From positions 33,128 through 97,127 of IMG/VR virus record IMGVR_UViG_3300032240_001991: 64,000 nucleotides of DNA. One strand, 5' to 3'. The DNA is from a virus. The translations under genes and the position numbers were made by a program. Below, one piece after another: positions 44,771 through 55,582 of this stretch (position 1 is the stretch's first letter; the number at the start of each line of letters is the position of its first letter). The notes under the pieces were generated by a model. It was not told the origin of the DNA. It did no database searches and saw only the letters and a list, made by a program, of their open reading frames with translations.

Positions 44771-45430
44771 TTAGTACAAAATGCCTGCAGACTGAAAGAA
44801 ATCATAATCAACTTGATAGTATTCTTTTATTGCAGAGATCTCTTCAGCTGTAGGTGTAGGATCATTGATTAGTCCGATACTGGCGTTTTCTTTTGTAAAG
44901 GTATATGAACTGATATCTAACGAAGCCATTATGTTTGCAATGCTGTTATCAATATCTCTATATGGTAAAAGGGTGACGTTATCAAAATTACACCAATTTA
45001 TCTGTGGTTTCATTAAAGGCCAGTAGACACCTGCTGTTTCTGCAAAATTTGTTTTCAAAAAATCTATAATTTTAATATTTCTCAGCGCAGTTTGTATTTC
45101 CGGGGATAACTGATCAAAGGGTGTTCGATCAAGAAAAGACATTTCAATAGAATCTCCATAGAAATAGTGTATCATGTCAGGGATACATCCTGGTCTGGTT
45201 CTTATGTAATTCCATGTTGATAAAAATCTATCAACCGGATCTCTATGCAGGCAAAACATTTTAATGCCGGGGTCGGGAAAAAATTTCTGATTAAATTCTT
45301 GATAATTTGTATGATTGTGTAGACATTCGTCAAAGAGAACGCCCGTGGATTGTAGACAGGTCACCAGACTGGTGGTTGCGGTTTTGGGATTTAAAAATAT
45401 TGCAACGGATTTTTCTGCTGAATAGATCAT
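44771..45430 (-). CDS. sulfotransferase-like protein
   Basis: LNPKTATTSL (5'-PSB-like PK.GTT) and LHRDPVDRFLS (3'-PB-like RDP.DR..S). Confidence 0.45.
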   Translation of the reverse strand: MIYSAEKSVAIFLNPKTATTSLVTCLQSTGVLFDECLHNHTNYQEFNQKFFPDPGIKMFCLHRDPVDRFLSTWNYIRTRPGCIPDMIHYFYGDSIEMSFLDRTPFDQLSPEIQTALRNIKIIDFLKTNFAETAGVYWPLMKPQINWCNFDNVTLLPYRDIDNSIANIMASLDISSYTFTKENASIGLINDPTPTAEEISAIKEYYQVDYDFFQSAGILY

Positions 45431-45660
45431 GATTTTAATTTTTCGATATTTAAATTTTGTGCGGCAATGATGTCAAAATTGGCGTTTATGAAATCTCTAA
45501 TTTTCATCCCGTTCAGATCGAGAACAGGAACAACAGAATATTCTTCACTTGTTACTCTCTTGCCCGTATTATAATCAACAGTCGATATTCTGAAAACTAT
45601 ATTTTCACTGACACCGGGTATAATTTCGAGCGCATGTTTATAAGCAGGAAATGTGTTCAT
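45427..45660 (-). CDS. hypothetical small protein
   Basis: 4-nt overlap with the downstream gene. Confidence 0.35.
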   Translation of the reverse strand: MNTFPAYKHALEIIPGVSENIVFRISTVDYNTGKRVTSEEYSVVPVLDLNGMKIRDFINANFDIIAAQNLNIEKLKS

Positions 45661-45661
45661 G

Positions 45662-47299
45662 TTAGTAATAACTGATTAAAACAGCTCCATTTTGTCCAGC
45701 CGCTCCGGTAACATTTTGATAGGCGCTATATACGGCAGGGAATGAGTTGAAAAGTGGATTGCCAAAATTGGCGTAGTTACCGGTTATTATGGCGCTGCCC
45801 GCCGCTCCGTAAGAGTCACCGAAGAATCCTATTGTTCCGGCGGCAACTCCTGGACAAAAAATACGGGTCGGAGAGTATCCACCGTCACTAAAACTAAAAA
45901 AATAAAATGTAGTAGTAGACCCTGCTCCGGTGATATTCACATCATTGCCTCCAGAAGCCGTTCCCCCAGCAGCACCATAATAGTCAGAAGGTCCTGAAGT
46001 TGCACTTCCTCCTCTTGCAGTCATAGTAGTGAATGCAAAGCTGGATGTGGAAACTGTGCTGGTTGTTCCGGGTTTTCCCGGAGTAGGACTGGATGTGCCA
46101 GAATCGCCTTGCCCTCCGCCCGCGCCGCCTGCACCCACTGTTATAAAAAGAGTTTTACCAGATAAAGTGCTGACATTGTAAACAGATCTACAGTATCCGC
46201 CTGCTCCGGATTCTCCTACCCAATAAATCGTGTAGGAGGGATAGTTGCCACCGGTGTCATCTATGACCATCTTGTGTCCACCTCCCCCTCCCCAGGCTTC
46301 TACATACATTAAATTTACACCTGAAGGAATGACATGAGTAAAATTACCCGGTGTGCTATATAATGTACTAGTTGTAGGTAATCGGCTTATTTCGTCAAAA
46401 ATACCCGATGTGCTGGCAGATCCGGTATTGGTCAGACGAAAAGCTGTGGAGCTACCGGCATTTGTTACTTCGTCTAATTCAATGTATCTTATTGCGTCGG
46501 TAGCTATTTTGGCCTGAGTCGATGGTGTGGGTTGTGTGTAGGGAGATAAACCTGAATACTGAATTACATTATTGGCGCAAATCGGTGGCACTGTGTCAGT
46601 ATTAGGCGGAGTTTTACTCAGCATGGTTAGGTTTGTGACTTTGTTGATAAATCTTTTTGAATAGCTGTCAACGTTAAGCAACAATACAGTACTGGCAGAG
46701 GTGGTTAAACTACTGGTAGGCACGGAAAAGTTACTGGTATAAACTGAGGAAGTAGTTATTCTAAAATCTTTCATAAGACCGGTAAACCACCCACCGTATA
46801 TAGAGAAGTTGTACACATAAGGATAAGTGTTATTAAAAGACAATGCTCCTAATATACCAGGAGAAAGAGTAGCAGAATCTGTAGTTGTAGAAGCTACAGA
46901 CACTCCATTTATAAAGAACGTGCTGGTAGTGCCTTTTCTAGTCCATGCTATATGCGACCATTGTTGAACAGCGACCGGCCCCAATGAATCAAACACTACA
47001 GAGCCGTTGTTAAAGCAAGATATAAACCCGTTACGTAGACTGCACCATCCATTGGTATACCCAGGATTTCCTGGAGAATTTCGATTTGAAAAAACAGTCA
47101 TTACACCAAGATTTGTTTGATAAATCCAAGATTCTACAGTAAAATCTCCGCTTAGGTCTATAGGACTATTAATATTACAATAGCTCCTTCCATCAAAAGA
47201 CAGACTCCCTCCATCAATTATGGAAACTTCATCAAAATAGTTAACCCCATTTGATCTTAAATCGCCGTTATTTCTTAAACTCCAGGCTGCTAGCGTCAT
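45662..47299 (-). CDS. tail-fibre-like protein with LamG/concanavalin-like N-terminal region
   Basis: Gly-rich C-terminus; N-terminus resembles 61602..62348. Confidence 0.5.
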   Translation of the reverse strand: MTLAAWSLRNNGDLRSNGVNYFDEVSIIDGGSLSFDGRSYCNINSPIDLSGDFTVESWIYQTNLGVMTVFSNRNSPGNPGYTNGWCSLRNGFISCFNNGSVVFDSLGPVAVQQWSHIAWTRKGTTSTFFINGVSVASTTTDSATLSPGILGALSFNNTYPYVYNFSIYGGWFTGLMKDFRITTSSVYTSNFSVPTSSLTTSASTVLLLNVDSYSKRFINKVTNLTMLSKTPPNTDTVPPICANNVIQYSGLSPYTQPTPSTQAKIATDAIRYIELDEVTNAGSSTAFRLTNTGSASTSGIFDEISRLPTTSTLYSTPGNFTHVIPSGVNLMYVEAWGGGGGHKMVIDDTGGNYPSYTIYWVGESGAGGYCRSVYNVSTLSGKTLFITVGAGGAGGGQGDSGTSSPTPGKPGTTSTVSTSSFAFTTMTARGGSATSGPSDYYGAAGGTASGGNDVNITGAGSTTTFYFFSFSDGGYSPTRIFCPGVAAGTIGFFGDSYGAAGSAIITGNYANFGNPLFNSFPAVYSAYQNVTGAAGQNGAVLISYY

Positions 47300-47302
47300 A
47301 GT

Positions 47303-49264
47303 TTATCCGAATATGATATCTAAACTGTTAGTAAATGTATTATAAAATTGATATACTGCGCTAACATTAGTGTTTGAATTAACAAATCCCATTCTTCCAG
47401 CTGTGTAGATATTACCACCGACCCCTGCTCCTCCAGCTACCTGCAGAGCGCCGGTATTGGTTGACAGAGAATTTGTAACGTTGGTAATTGTAAAAATACC
47501 AGTATAAGGAGATATCGGGCCACTCGATCCTGAACCGGACGATCCAATGTATCCTGCTGGACCAAGTGGGCCAAGTGAACCTGATGGGCCAATACCTTGG
47601 CTACCAATATAACCTATCGGACCTAGTGGACCTAACGGACCTAGTGGACCTAGATTGCCTTGACTACCAATATAACCAATTGGACCCAACGGACCCAACG
47701 GACCTAACGGACCCAACGGACCTAACGGACCTAGTGTACCAATACTACCGGCGTATCCTCGAGATCCAGTATAACCTGCTGGTCCAGGTTTATCGAAAAA
47801 TAATGCGTAATTGCGCCCATCAGTAAGATATTCGTTTGGATTGTTAGTGGGCGAAGATAACCAACCACCACCTAGTGCAATAGTTGTCCCAGTAGTATAA
47901 GTTCCATTTGTTGACACAGTATAATAATAACTACTGTACACCAAAGTTGGGTTAGCTTCGTCGATAACATATAATATTCCTGGTATAGTACTACTGTATG
48001 ACAGCAGTGTTTGGCCTACATTTTCACCAAATCTATTATAATCTTTGTTTACATTGATGTTACCAATAATACTGTTATCATCAAAATCTAAATTAAATTG
48101 TCCCGAAGGTGGTGGCGGTAGACCAATACCATTAGTATAGTTCATGCCTTGGAACGTATAGCGTAAACCAGTTGGCAGCGCGCCCATTGATCCAGTATAA
48201 CCTGTACTACCAGTATATCCACGCGAACCAATAAAGCCCTGTGGGCCTAATGGGCCAAGTGGCCCGAGATTACCAAAACTACCTATGTATCCTATAGGGC
48301 CTTGAGGACCTAGTGGGCCAAGTGGACCTAAATTGCCTTGACTACCTACGTAGCCTATAGGACCTTGTGGACCCTGTGGGCCTTGAGGACCTAGTGGGCC
48401 TAACGGACCTAAGTTACCTTGACTGCCTACGTAACCTATTGGACCTTGTGGACCTATTGGGCCTTGTGGACCAAGTGGACCTAACGGACCTAAATTGCCT
48501 TGACTACCTACGTAGCCTATAGGACCTTGTGGACCTATCGGGCCTTGAGGACCTAACGGACCTAACGGACCTAAGTTACCTTGACTACCTACGTAGCCTA
48601 TCGGGCCCTGAGGACCTAGTGGACCAAGTGGACCTAAGTTACCTTGACTACCTGCGTAACCTATTGGACCTTGTGGACCTTGTGGACCTATCGGGCCTTG
48701 TGGACCAAGTGGACCTAACGGACCTAAGTTACCTTGACTACCTACGTAGCCTATCGGGCCCTGAGGACCTAGTGGACCAAGTGGACCTAAGTTACCTTGA
48801 CTACCTGCGTAACCTATTGGGCCCTGCGGACCCAAAGGACCTAATGGACCTAAGTTGCCTTGACTACCCGCATAACCAATTGGGCCCTGCGAACCTTGAA
48901 GCCCTCGGCTACCTACATAACCAATTGATCCAGTGTACCCGCCGCCGCCCCCTCCTCCGCCAGCACTGCCGGTATATCCGTATCCTACTTCGATTCCATT
49001 AACTATTAATGTTCCGCTGAGATTCGTAACAGTTCCCAAAACTTGTAAATTTTGTTTAATCAATACGTTGGAATTAAATGTGCTAGAATTAATAACCACT
49101 AACGATGGGGTAGTAAACACTCCCATCGAATCCAACGTAGCATTATAAGACCCATTAATTAATTGACTGACTGGGATATTATTAGGATCCCACTTGACGC
49201 CGTCAAAAATATATCCTGCATACGTTGTACCAGTTGAGGGATTAGTTGGAAAATTTAATGCCAT
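47303..49264 (-). CDS. collagen-like triple-helix repeat protein (tail fibre)
   Basis: Long G-x-y tracts with a 27-residue unit [21 protein letters not shown] repeated at least 8 times; N-terminus [16 protein letters not shown] shared with the ORF at 63447. Confidence 0.8.
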   Translation of the reverse strand: MALNFPTNPSTGTTYAGYIFDGVKWDPNNIPVSQLINGSYNATLDSMGVFTTPSLVVINSSTFNSNVLIKQNLQVLGTVTNLSGTLIVNGIEVGYGYTGSAGGGGGGGGYTGSIGYVGSRGLQGSQGPIGYAGSQGNLGPLGPLGPQGPIGYAGSQGNLGPLGPLGPQGPIGYVGSQGNLGPLGPLGPQGPIGPQGPQGPIGYAGSQGNLGPLGPLGPQGPIGYVGSQGNLGPLGPLGPQGPIGPQGPIGYVGSQGNLGPLGPLGPQGPIGPQGPIGYVGSQGNLGPLGPLGPQGPQGPQGPIGYVGSQGNLGPLGPLGPQGPIGYIGSFGNLGPLGPLGPQGFIGSRGYTGSTGYTGSMGALPTGLRYTFQGMNYTNGIGLPPPPSGQFNLDFDDNSIIGNINVNKDYNRFGENVGQTLLSYSSTIPGILYVIDEANPTLVYSSYYYTVSTNGTYTTGTTIALGGGWLSSPTNNPNEYLTDGRNYALFFDKPGPAGYTGSRGYAGSIGTLGPLGPLGPLGPLGPLGPIGYIGSQGNLGPLGPLGPLGPIGYIGSQGIGPSGSLGPLGPAGYIGSSGSGSSGPISPYTGIFTITNVTNSLSTNTGALQVAGGAGVGGNIYTAGRMGFVNSNTNVSAVYQFYNTFTNSLDIIFG

Positions 49265-49279
49265 AATGTATCTCTATTT

Positions 49280-50863
49280 TTACAACGCTTCGATATAATT
49301 CATTGTCGCCCAAATTTCGGCATCGACACCGCCGCCAGAAATTTGTTTAACTATTAAAACAATTTTATCTGCATCAGTATATGCAATATTAGATCCTAAA
49401 TTTAAAAAGTTTAAAGATGTGCGTACATCAAAAGATGCGCCTGAATTAAAAAGTCCACCTATCAATTCTATGCCACCCGTCCAAGTAGTACTAGGTGTAT
49501 AATCCCATTGTCTGGTAGTTTTTCCTATATTGGTTGGAACAACATCATTGGTTAATATTGTAGGATTGAGTAATAATCTCCATAAAAAGGTAGCAGGATT
49601 GGCATTTTTTCCTTGATTAGCAGCATCGGTTATATCAATAGCTTGTACTTGTAGATCTGCTCTCTGGTAGGGTTCGCCGGCTCTTAATCCTACTCCTAAA
49701 ATTGCATATTCGTTGGTTCCTCCTGCCGAATAAACAGTAGTGGATGTAGTTCTAGCTAAACCAAACGAAGGATTTAATTCCACTTCTGCTTCAGTATTAA
49801 TACAAGTTTCTGACCAAGTCATAGTAGGTAGATAAGAAACTACTCCAGTATTAGTCATTTCGAAACGATCAGGCACAGAAGGCGCATTGGCCCAGTGAGT
49901 TCCTAATTGTCCGGTATAGTCAATCATGTGGCAGACTTGATTACCATGCCCAACGTTTATACCAAACCGTATTCTATTAGTTCGAGATCCAGCAAAGTCT
50001 AACCACCAAACATATTTCATGTGTAGACCAGTTTGTGTGGCTATTCCGGTTCCATGCCCAGCAGTATAAGATCCAGGATTCACAGCATAAGTGAGAGTAA
50101 CAGTATTAGTTGAAGTAGCAGATATCATGGTTATACCATTATACCCGGTATTTCCGTCATTAAAACCAGTAACGGTGGCTTTAGTACCAATTCTAAATGG
50201 GCAAGTACTAGCAGTATTGTATTTCACATTATATTTGGTTTCGTTGGTAATAGTAGAAATCACTATTGTAGAACTACTAACAAATGAGCCTAAAGTAAAT
50301 GCCACAGCAGAACCAGTGGTTAAATTTATATTGCTAGGGCCTGTTCCATCTAATCGATCATAGGTCCAAGAAGATCTAGGATACCGATCCTCTACTAAAG
50401 TTCCGTCAATTAAACGTCTACGAACAACAAAATATAATTCATTATTAGAAACTTCAAAAAATGTACCATTAAAAGCTGTAAATAGTCCTCTACGTTTAAC
50501 AACATTAGCATCATATCCGTTAAATGCTCCTGCTGATTGCCATACCATACTGACGCTAGGACGTAATTTATGTCTACGTCGGCTAATGCGTATTGCACTA
50601 CCCGTACTATCAGTTCCGCTGGTAATCAGGATACTAGCAATATTCTGCACAAATGAACTAGTGGAATTAGTTCCTGTAAAATTTTCAATGTATCGAAGAT
50701 CACCATCTTTATCAACAATCGGGGCATACCACCATGATTGTGTAGGGGGAGCAACACGTAACCGTCCTAAAGCATCTAATTGTGTGTTAATATCGTCTAC
50801 ATATTGTACAAGTTGTGTACCTGTGCTATAAACTTGTTGATTATTATTAAACAAGTACGTCAT
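49280..50863 (-). CDS. structural (fibre/baseplate-like) protein
   Basis: 527-aa Thr/Ser/Gly/Asn-rich protein in an operon with the collagen-like genes. Confidence 0.45.
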   Translation of the reverse strand: MTYLFNNNQQVYSTGTQLVQYVDDINTQLDALGRLRVAPPTQSWWYAPIVDKDGDLRYIENFTGTNSTSSFVQNIASILITSGTDSTGSAIRISRRRHKLRPSVSMVWQSAGAFNGYDANVVKRRGLFTAFNGTFFEVSNNELYFVVRRRLIDGTLVEDRYPRSSWTYDRLDGTGPSNINLTTGSAVAFTLGSFVSSSTIVISTITNETKYNVKYNTASTCPFRIGTKATVTGFNDGNTGYNGITMISATSTNTVTLTYAVNPGSYTAGHGTGIATQTGLHMKYVWWLDFAGSRTNRIRFGINVGHGNQVCHMIDYTGQLGTHWANAPSVPDRFEMTNTGVVSYLPTMTWSETCINTEAEVELNPSFGLARTTSTTVYSAGGTNEYAILGVGLRAGEPYQRADLQVQAIDITDAANQGKNANPATFLWRLLLNPTILTNDVVPTNIGKTTRQWDYTPSTTWTGGIELIGGLFNSGASFDVRTSLNFLNLGSNIAYTDADKIVLIVKQISGGGVDAEIWATMNYIEAL

Positions 50864-52050
50864 ATTATTCTCCAGCCATCTCTGTATATCATGTGTAACC
50901 CACCGTTATCAACTTCTAAGATGGCGCCCCCTGTGTCGTTATCTATTGTACTATTTAAGGTAATTGGGTTAACAGAACAAGCGCCGCTTTCGTCTTTAAC
51001 AACCATTTCTTGCCCTGGCATACCACTAGGAACAGTTATTGACACAGGCCCTGCATAGTTAACTCCGATATACCAATCAGATGATGATGCTGTATATACC
51101 GACGAAGTTACTAATACAGTCTGTCGTAATAAAACAGGAGTGGAAGGCCCGCCCGAATTAGCACGCACCCAAGCATTGGGATAATAGAAAATGTACATTT
51201 CCCCATTAACATCATCCCACCATAAGTCTCCATTATTTGGATTACTCGGGGGATTATCTGCTACAGTTACACCTGGCCCTTTTGATCCGAGGTATCCAGC
51301 ACTACCGACGTACCCTATCGAACCCTGACTTCCGACGTAACCGGCTCCGCCGCTACCAGTATATCCGGTTCCTTGAGATCCGAAGTATCCTGCTGGACCT
51401 ATTAATCCTTGAGATCCGAAGTATCCTGCTGGACCTATTAATCCTTGAGATCCAAAGTATCCTGCTGGACCTATTAATCCTTGAGATCCAAAGTATCCTG
51501 CTGGACCTATTAATCCTTGAGATCCAAAGTATCCTGCTGGACCCGGTGGACCAGCATATCCTTGCGGCCCTAAGTTACCTTGACTCCCGATGAATCCGAT
51601 CGATCCAACATATCCTTGCGGCCCTAAGTTACCTTGACTCCCGATGAATCCGATCGATCCAACATATCCAAAACCTGAAGATCCTGTGTATCCACTTATA
51701 CCATCAGCACCTGAAGATCCTGTGTATCCACCACTTGGCCCTGGGTCTCCTTTACTCCCAACATACCCTATAGAGCCGGTATACCCTCCGCCTATTCCTC
51801 CGGTATTGGTAATAGTTACAACTCCCGTTGAAGTATCAACAGAAATTCCCGCACCGGCAATAATGGCTGTAACTCCGCCGCTTGTCGAGGTGCTAGCCCC
51901 GCCGACAATTATACCTCCCGGAGTAAAGCCGTCGCTAACTCTAATGGTATTGGTAATAGGATCATACCAAAGACGGCCTACTTCCCCTATTCGGGTAGTG
52001 CCATCACCATAATTCCGTCTACTGGTAAAAAAATCCTGTGTATAGGCCAC
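50860..52050 (-). CDS. collagen-like repeat protein
   Basis: G-x-y tracts; GPAGYFGSQGLI repeated 5 times (39-nt DNA tandem). Confidence 0.75.
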   Translation of the reverse strand: MAYTQDFFTSRRNYGDGTTRIGEVGRLWYDPITNTIRVSDGFTPGGIIVGGASTSTSGGVTAIIAGAGISVDTSTGVVTITNTGGIGGGYTGSIGYVGSKGDPGPSGGYTGSSGADGISGYTGSSGFGYVGSIGFIGSQGNLGPQGYVGSIGFIGSQGNLGPQGYAGPPGPAGYFGSQGLIGPAGYFGSQGLIGPAGYFGSQGLIGPAGYFGSQGLIGPAGYFGSQGTGYTGSGGAGYVGSQGSIGYVGSAGYLGSKGPGVTVADNPPSNPNNGDLWWDDVNGEMYIFYYPNAWVRANSGGPSTPVLLRQTVLVTSSVYTASSSDWYIGVNYAGPVSITVPSGMPGQEMVVKDESGACSVNPITLNSTIDNDTGGAILEVDNGGLHMIYRDGWRII

Positions 52051-52060
52051 GGATTACTCC

Positions 52061-52273
52061 TTAGCCATCTAATGGATCATCGTCGTCTGCTGCTAATAGA
52101 TCTGCGTTTTTTTGCGGCACATCAGCCATTTTTTTCATAATTTCTATTTTAGTCTGTAAAGGAGGAACGAAGACGTCTTTCTCTAAAGGACCTTTATCTT
52201 CTGGCTCGGGCTCTTTGCCATCAAGCGCATCGATTATATCTGCAATGCTTCTCATAAACTCTGCCGCCCTCAT
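52061..52273 (-). CDS. hypothetical small acidic protein
   Basis: C-terminal part of ORF 52061..52447, from M59. Confidence 0.35.
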   Translation of the reverse strand: MRAAEFMRSIADIIDALDGKEPEPEDKGPLEKDVFVPPLQTKIEIMKKMADVPQKNADLLAADDDDPLDG

Positions 52274-52403
52274 GCCATACGCTCCTGTGATTTTTCCTAC
52301 TATAGTATATTTATAAAAATATTTCCTGTATTTAGCTAGTTGACTACAACAGGGCTTTACTATAATATACCTATATAAAGGTAAAAATTTTGAAAGGAAG
52401 GTT

Positions 52404-52631
52404 ATGTTAAAATTAATTCTTGATCTAGATTGGCAACTGATGAACAATCAAGAAAAAGAAAAGTACGCTGTTTCACAAGAGCGTACTTTAATTTCTTACG
52501 GTGAGTATTACAAGTCTAAAGAACCTGCTGTATTTTTTCTAACTGATAATACTCTTCAGGTAAAATACAAAGATTTTTATAAAAACACTCGTACAGAATT
52601 TTATACCTTAAAGATCTCTTCTGCAATTTGA
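52404..52631 (+). CDS. hypothetical small protein
   Basis: AGGAAG before the ATG. Confidence 0.4.
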   Translation: MLKLILDLDWQLMNNQEKEKYAVSQERTLISYGEYYKSKEPAVFFLTDNTLQVKYKDFYKNTRTEFYTLKISSAI

Positions 52632-52632
52632 T

Positions 52633-53400
52633 TTAACAAGGCGCTGCTCCAAATATCTTTTGTGAAGCTAGACTCTTTTCTGGAGGATCTAGGATAGTCC
52701 ATTCTGATCCTAATACAGGAGTAAGATGTATATGACTACGAGGAATCCAATATTTGTCGACTTTTATATCTAATTGATCAACAATATTACTAAAGATACT
52801 GTCTAACAAAATAACAGCTTGGGCGCCTTCTATGATGCCCAACCAGTCAAATACATTATCTGTAATACCTTCAGTAATTTCAATATGTTGCCAATCACTA
52901 GGTATAGCGGTTAAGTCAGGAGTTACTGAAAAAGAGCTACCCTTAGTATGGGTTACAAAATAATTCTCCTGCTTGACTAATCGATCAAACAATGCCTGTT
53001 CTTTTTTATGATTACGATTAATGCAGTCGTTTAAGCGCCATTTGTATAGAAACGGAACGCCTGCTTTGGTGTACTTAAATTCATCAAATTTTTGTATTTG
53101 AAACCAAGGAACTTGACTTAACTCAGGAACCACATTAAGGCTCTGATATAAACAGATAATTTCTTCACATTTTGCAGACTGTAACCGCCTTGTTGGTTCA
53201 TTATAAAAGAATTCGCCACGTGCGTCTGTGGGAATACTGATCCATTTAACCCACGGAGCGGTATCTTTAAAACTAGGATAAAATTCCTCGCAAATGGGCC
53301 AATGGATTTCGTAATCACGCTGATGATAGTAGTGAGCAATTGGTAGGGCTAGACATATGTCGCCTAGCCCTCTGCTCTGTATAATGCCTATTTTCTTCAT
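52633..53400 (-). CDS. glycosyltransferase family 9-like (heptosyltransferase-like) protein
   Basis: N-terminal IIQSRGLGDICLALPI resembles the GT9 (R.S.LGD....P) motif. Confidence 0.4.
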   Translation of the reverse strand: MKKIGIIQSRGLGDICLALPIAHYYHQRDYEIHWPICEEFYPSFKDTAPWVKWISIPTDARGEFFYNEPTRRLQSAKCEEIICLYQSLNVVPELSQVPWFQIQKFDEFKYTKAGVPFLYKWRLNDCINRNHKKEQALFDRLVKQENYFVTHTKGSSFSVTPDLTAIPSDWQHIEITEGITDNVFDWLGIIEGAQAVILLDSIFSNIVDQLDIKVDKYWIPRSHIHLTPVLGSEWTILDPPEKSLASQKIFGAAPC

Positions 53401-53401
53401 A

Positions 53402-54178
53402 TTAAAAATAATTCATGCCCTGTTGTTGTGGAAAGTAACATTCATTTCGCTCGATCGGCAAATCTCGACGCCCTTCGCACCAAATATCAGAGTGCCCTAA
53501 CCCAATAGCTAATGAAAGTCCTACGCTTTGGTTGCCAATGAATACATTAGCCCCGTCAATATATTGCGCCATTTCAAGCAGGCTATTGACTGGCTGATAA
53601 GGAATATCCCATCCGATTACACGCTTAAACTCTTCGTATTCGTTCTTGAGCCCAATGAAGAAAGCACGGTTATCAATTCCTTGATCTTTCCAATCTTTCC
53701 AAACTGCACTCAACTGCGGTGGAACCCACCGTGTCGTACGATTAATAGCAACGTCCCTGCCTTCTACTATCAAGGACTTTGGCACAGTAATCCAAGGAGT
53801 CTGCCTCAATTGCTTATGGGCTTCCACATCCATAATTCCAAAAGCAACAGCATAAACATCGACATAGTTTCCTGGATGCTTAACAAACAAGGGACGAAAT
53901 TTGTCTAGATTATGGGTAATCTCTGTAGTTCTAGGATCCATGGGCGCAAATTTAGTGATGTAATCTTGTGCATCCATGAAGCTCTTCATAAAATCGTAGT
54001 CTCTAGTGTTCATGCGTCCTGCATGAAAAGGAGGAGCAGGAACTCCATAAAACGTTTTACTAAGAACGTCAATTTGATTCATATGCAGGTAAAAATCTCC
54101 CCCGCCAAAATGTTTTACAATTGGTAGACTGTAAATCAAATCTCCCAATGTTCCTGAATGTTTAAATGTTTTAGTCAC
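53402..54178 (-). CDS. glycosyltransferase family 9-like protein
   Basis: N-terminal KHSGTLGDLIYSLPIV, again GT9-like. Confidence 0.4.
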   Translation of the reverse strand: MTKTFKHSGTLGDLIYSLPIVKHFGGGDFYLHMNQIDVLSKTFYGVPAPPFHAGRMNTRDYDFMKSFMDAQDYITKFAPMDPRTTEITHNLDKFRPLFVKHPGNYVDVYAVAFGIMDVEAHKQLRQTPWITVPKSLIVEGRDVAINRTTRWVPPQLSAVWKDWKDQGIDNRAFFIGLKNEYEEFKRVIGWDIPYQPVNSLLEMAQYIDGANVFIGNQSVGLSLAIGLGHSDIWCEGRRDLPIERNECYFPQQQGMNYF

Positions 54179-54275
54179 GATACGATCCTTTTTTGTATAG
54201 ACATATTTAAAATATTATGTTAGCACATTAAATAATTTAGAGTCAAGAAAAATATTACAGATAATAAATAATCAT

Positions 54276-54527
54276 ATGAGAGCTCAAGAATTTATTTCAG
54301 AAAAGAAGGCCAGTGCTAAGATCTGCCGTAAGGGTAGAGAAGGCAAACGTATTGCTACCAGTATGCGTAGCAGTTGTGTAAGTCAGGGCCTAATGCCTCA
54401 TAAGACCGGACACACTGCTGGAACCGGTAAGCAGGGTGTTAAAGGCTCTGGCGTAAAACTTGATGGAAAGACTCTCAAAGGTACAAAGTACAACGGACCG
54501 GTACAAGATTATAGCGGTAAGGGTTAA
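54276..54527 (+). CDS. small basic Gly/Lys-rich protein
   Basis: Intact ORF. Confidence 0.35.
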   Translation: MRAQEFISEKKASAKICRKGREGKRIATSMRSSCVSQGLMPHKTGHTAGTGKQGVKGSGVKLDGKTLKGTKYNGPVQDYSGKG

Positions 54528-54674
54528 TCCCCTTGCTAAAAAGTTTCTCTAGTAGAAGACTGTCAAGCGCCGATTTGCCGATAGCCACATTGGCTGTGTC
54601 ACATGGAAATTGGGAAAACAGTGACTTAGGGATCCTCGGGTGCCCAATTGACCGCTTGACGAGGTATTTATCAT

Positions 54675-55229
54675 ATGTTTAACTTCATAAAATTTGTTAC
54701 AGAATCTAAGAAAAAGAAGTTAGAACAAGTGTCTTTACCTTACGGAAAAGATGATCTTGGCCGTAGCCTCAGCAAGTATACTCTTGATTTGCATTATGGT
54801 AAGCTTTATAAAGCCTACGTAGATCGTTTTAATAAAGGACTAGGTGATTTAGATTTTAATGAAGCAGGCGCATTTCTTCACGCCATTTATTTTACTCAAT
54901 TTAAATCTCCTGTTAGTAACAATAAACCAACAGAACAGAGTTTAGAATTTATTGAAAAACATTTCAAAAGTTTTGATAATTTTAAAAAAGAGTTTTTAAG
55001 AATTGCTATGAGCATACAAGGAAGTGGTTGGGTGTACCTTGCTGGTGATGGCGAGATCAAGACTATTAAAAATCACGAAATTAAAAATGACATCGTGCTC
55101 TTAATAGATTGGTGGGAGCATGCTTGGGTATTAGATTTTGGTAGCGATAAAGAACGCTATCTAGATAAGCAATGGAATATTGTTGATTGGTCTAAAATAA
55201 ATTATCTCTTGCAGGGAATGTCTAAATAA
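54675..55229 (+). CDS. Fe/Mn superoxide dismutase-like protein
   Basis: C-terminal DWWEHAWVLDFG..DKERYLDKQWNIVDW matches the SOD signature D.WEHAYY.DY.N.R..Y......VNW; N-terminus LPYGKDDL..LDLHYGKLYKAYV. Confidence 0.5.
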   Translation: MFNFIKFVTESKKKKLEQVSLPYGKDDLGRSLSKYTLDLHYGKLYKAYVDRFNKGLGDLDFNEAGAFLHAIYFTQFKSPVSNNKPTEQSLEFIEKHFKSFDNFKKEFLRIAMSIQGSGWVYLAGDGEIKTIKNHEIKNDIVLLIDWWEHAWVLDFGSDKERYLDKQWNIVDWSKINYLLQGMSK

Positions 55230-55246
55230 AGTTAGAGGTACATAAA

Positions 55247-55582
55247 ATGAAAAAGTTACTTTTAATTGTTGCATTGTTAATTCCTTTTACTTCTGCTTAT
55301 GCAGATCATGAGCGTCGTGAATATCGTGAACACAGAGAATGGCACGAACAAGGAAACCATTTTGGTTGGGGCGAATTTGTTGGAGGTCTTATCCTTGGCG
55401 GAATTATTGCCCATGAAGTTAATGGTCGTTACTATGACACTGACGAACATGAAGTCCGTCGCATAACCACCTGTTATGAGTACCCAGTAGTAGATCAATA
55501 CGGACATTATGTGTATGATGATTGGGGTCACTTAATGACCGAGCGTCGTTGTCGCGACGAATGGGTCAGGGTTAGACGTTGA
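55247..55582 (+). CDS. secreted small protein (signal peptide)
   Basis: MKKLLLIVALLIPFTSAYA signal peptide; His/Arg/Glu-rich mature part. Confidence 0.45.
   Translation: MKKLLLIVALLIPFTSAYADHERREYREHREWHEQGNHFGWGEFVGGLILGGIIAHEVNGRYYDTDEHEVRRITTCYEYPVVDQYGHYVYDDWGHLMTERRCRDEWVRVRR

Noticed and set aside
47500-49000. Possible CRISPR array suggested by regular repeats
   Set aside because: The repeats are in-frame G-x-y collagen-like coding units of 81 and 39 nt. There are no unique spacers and no cas genes.
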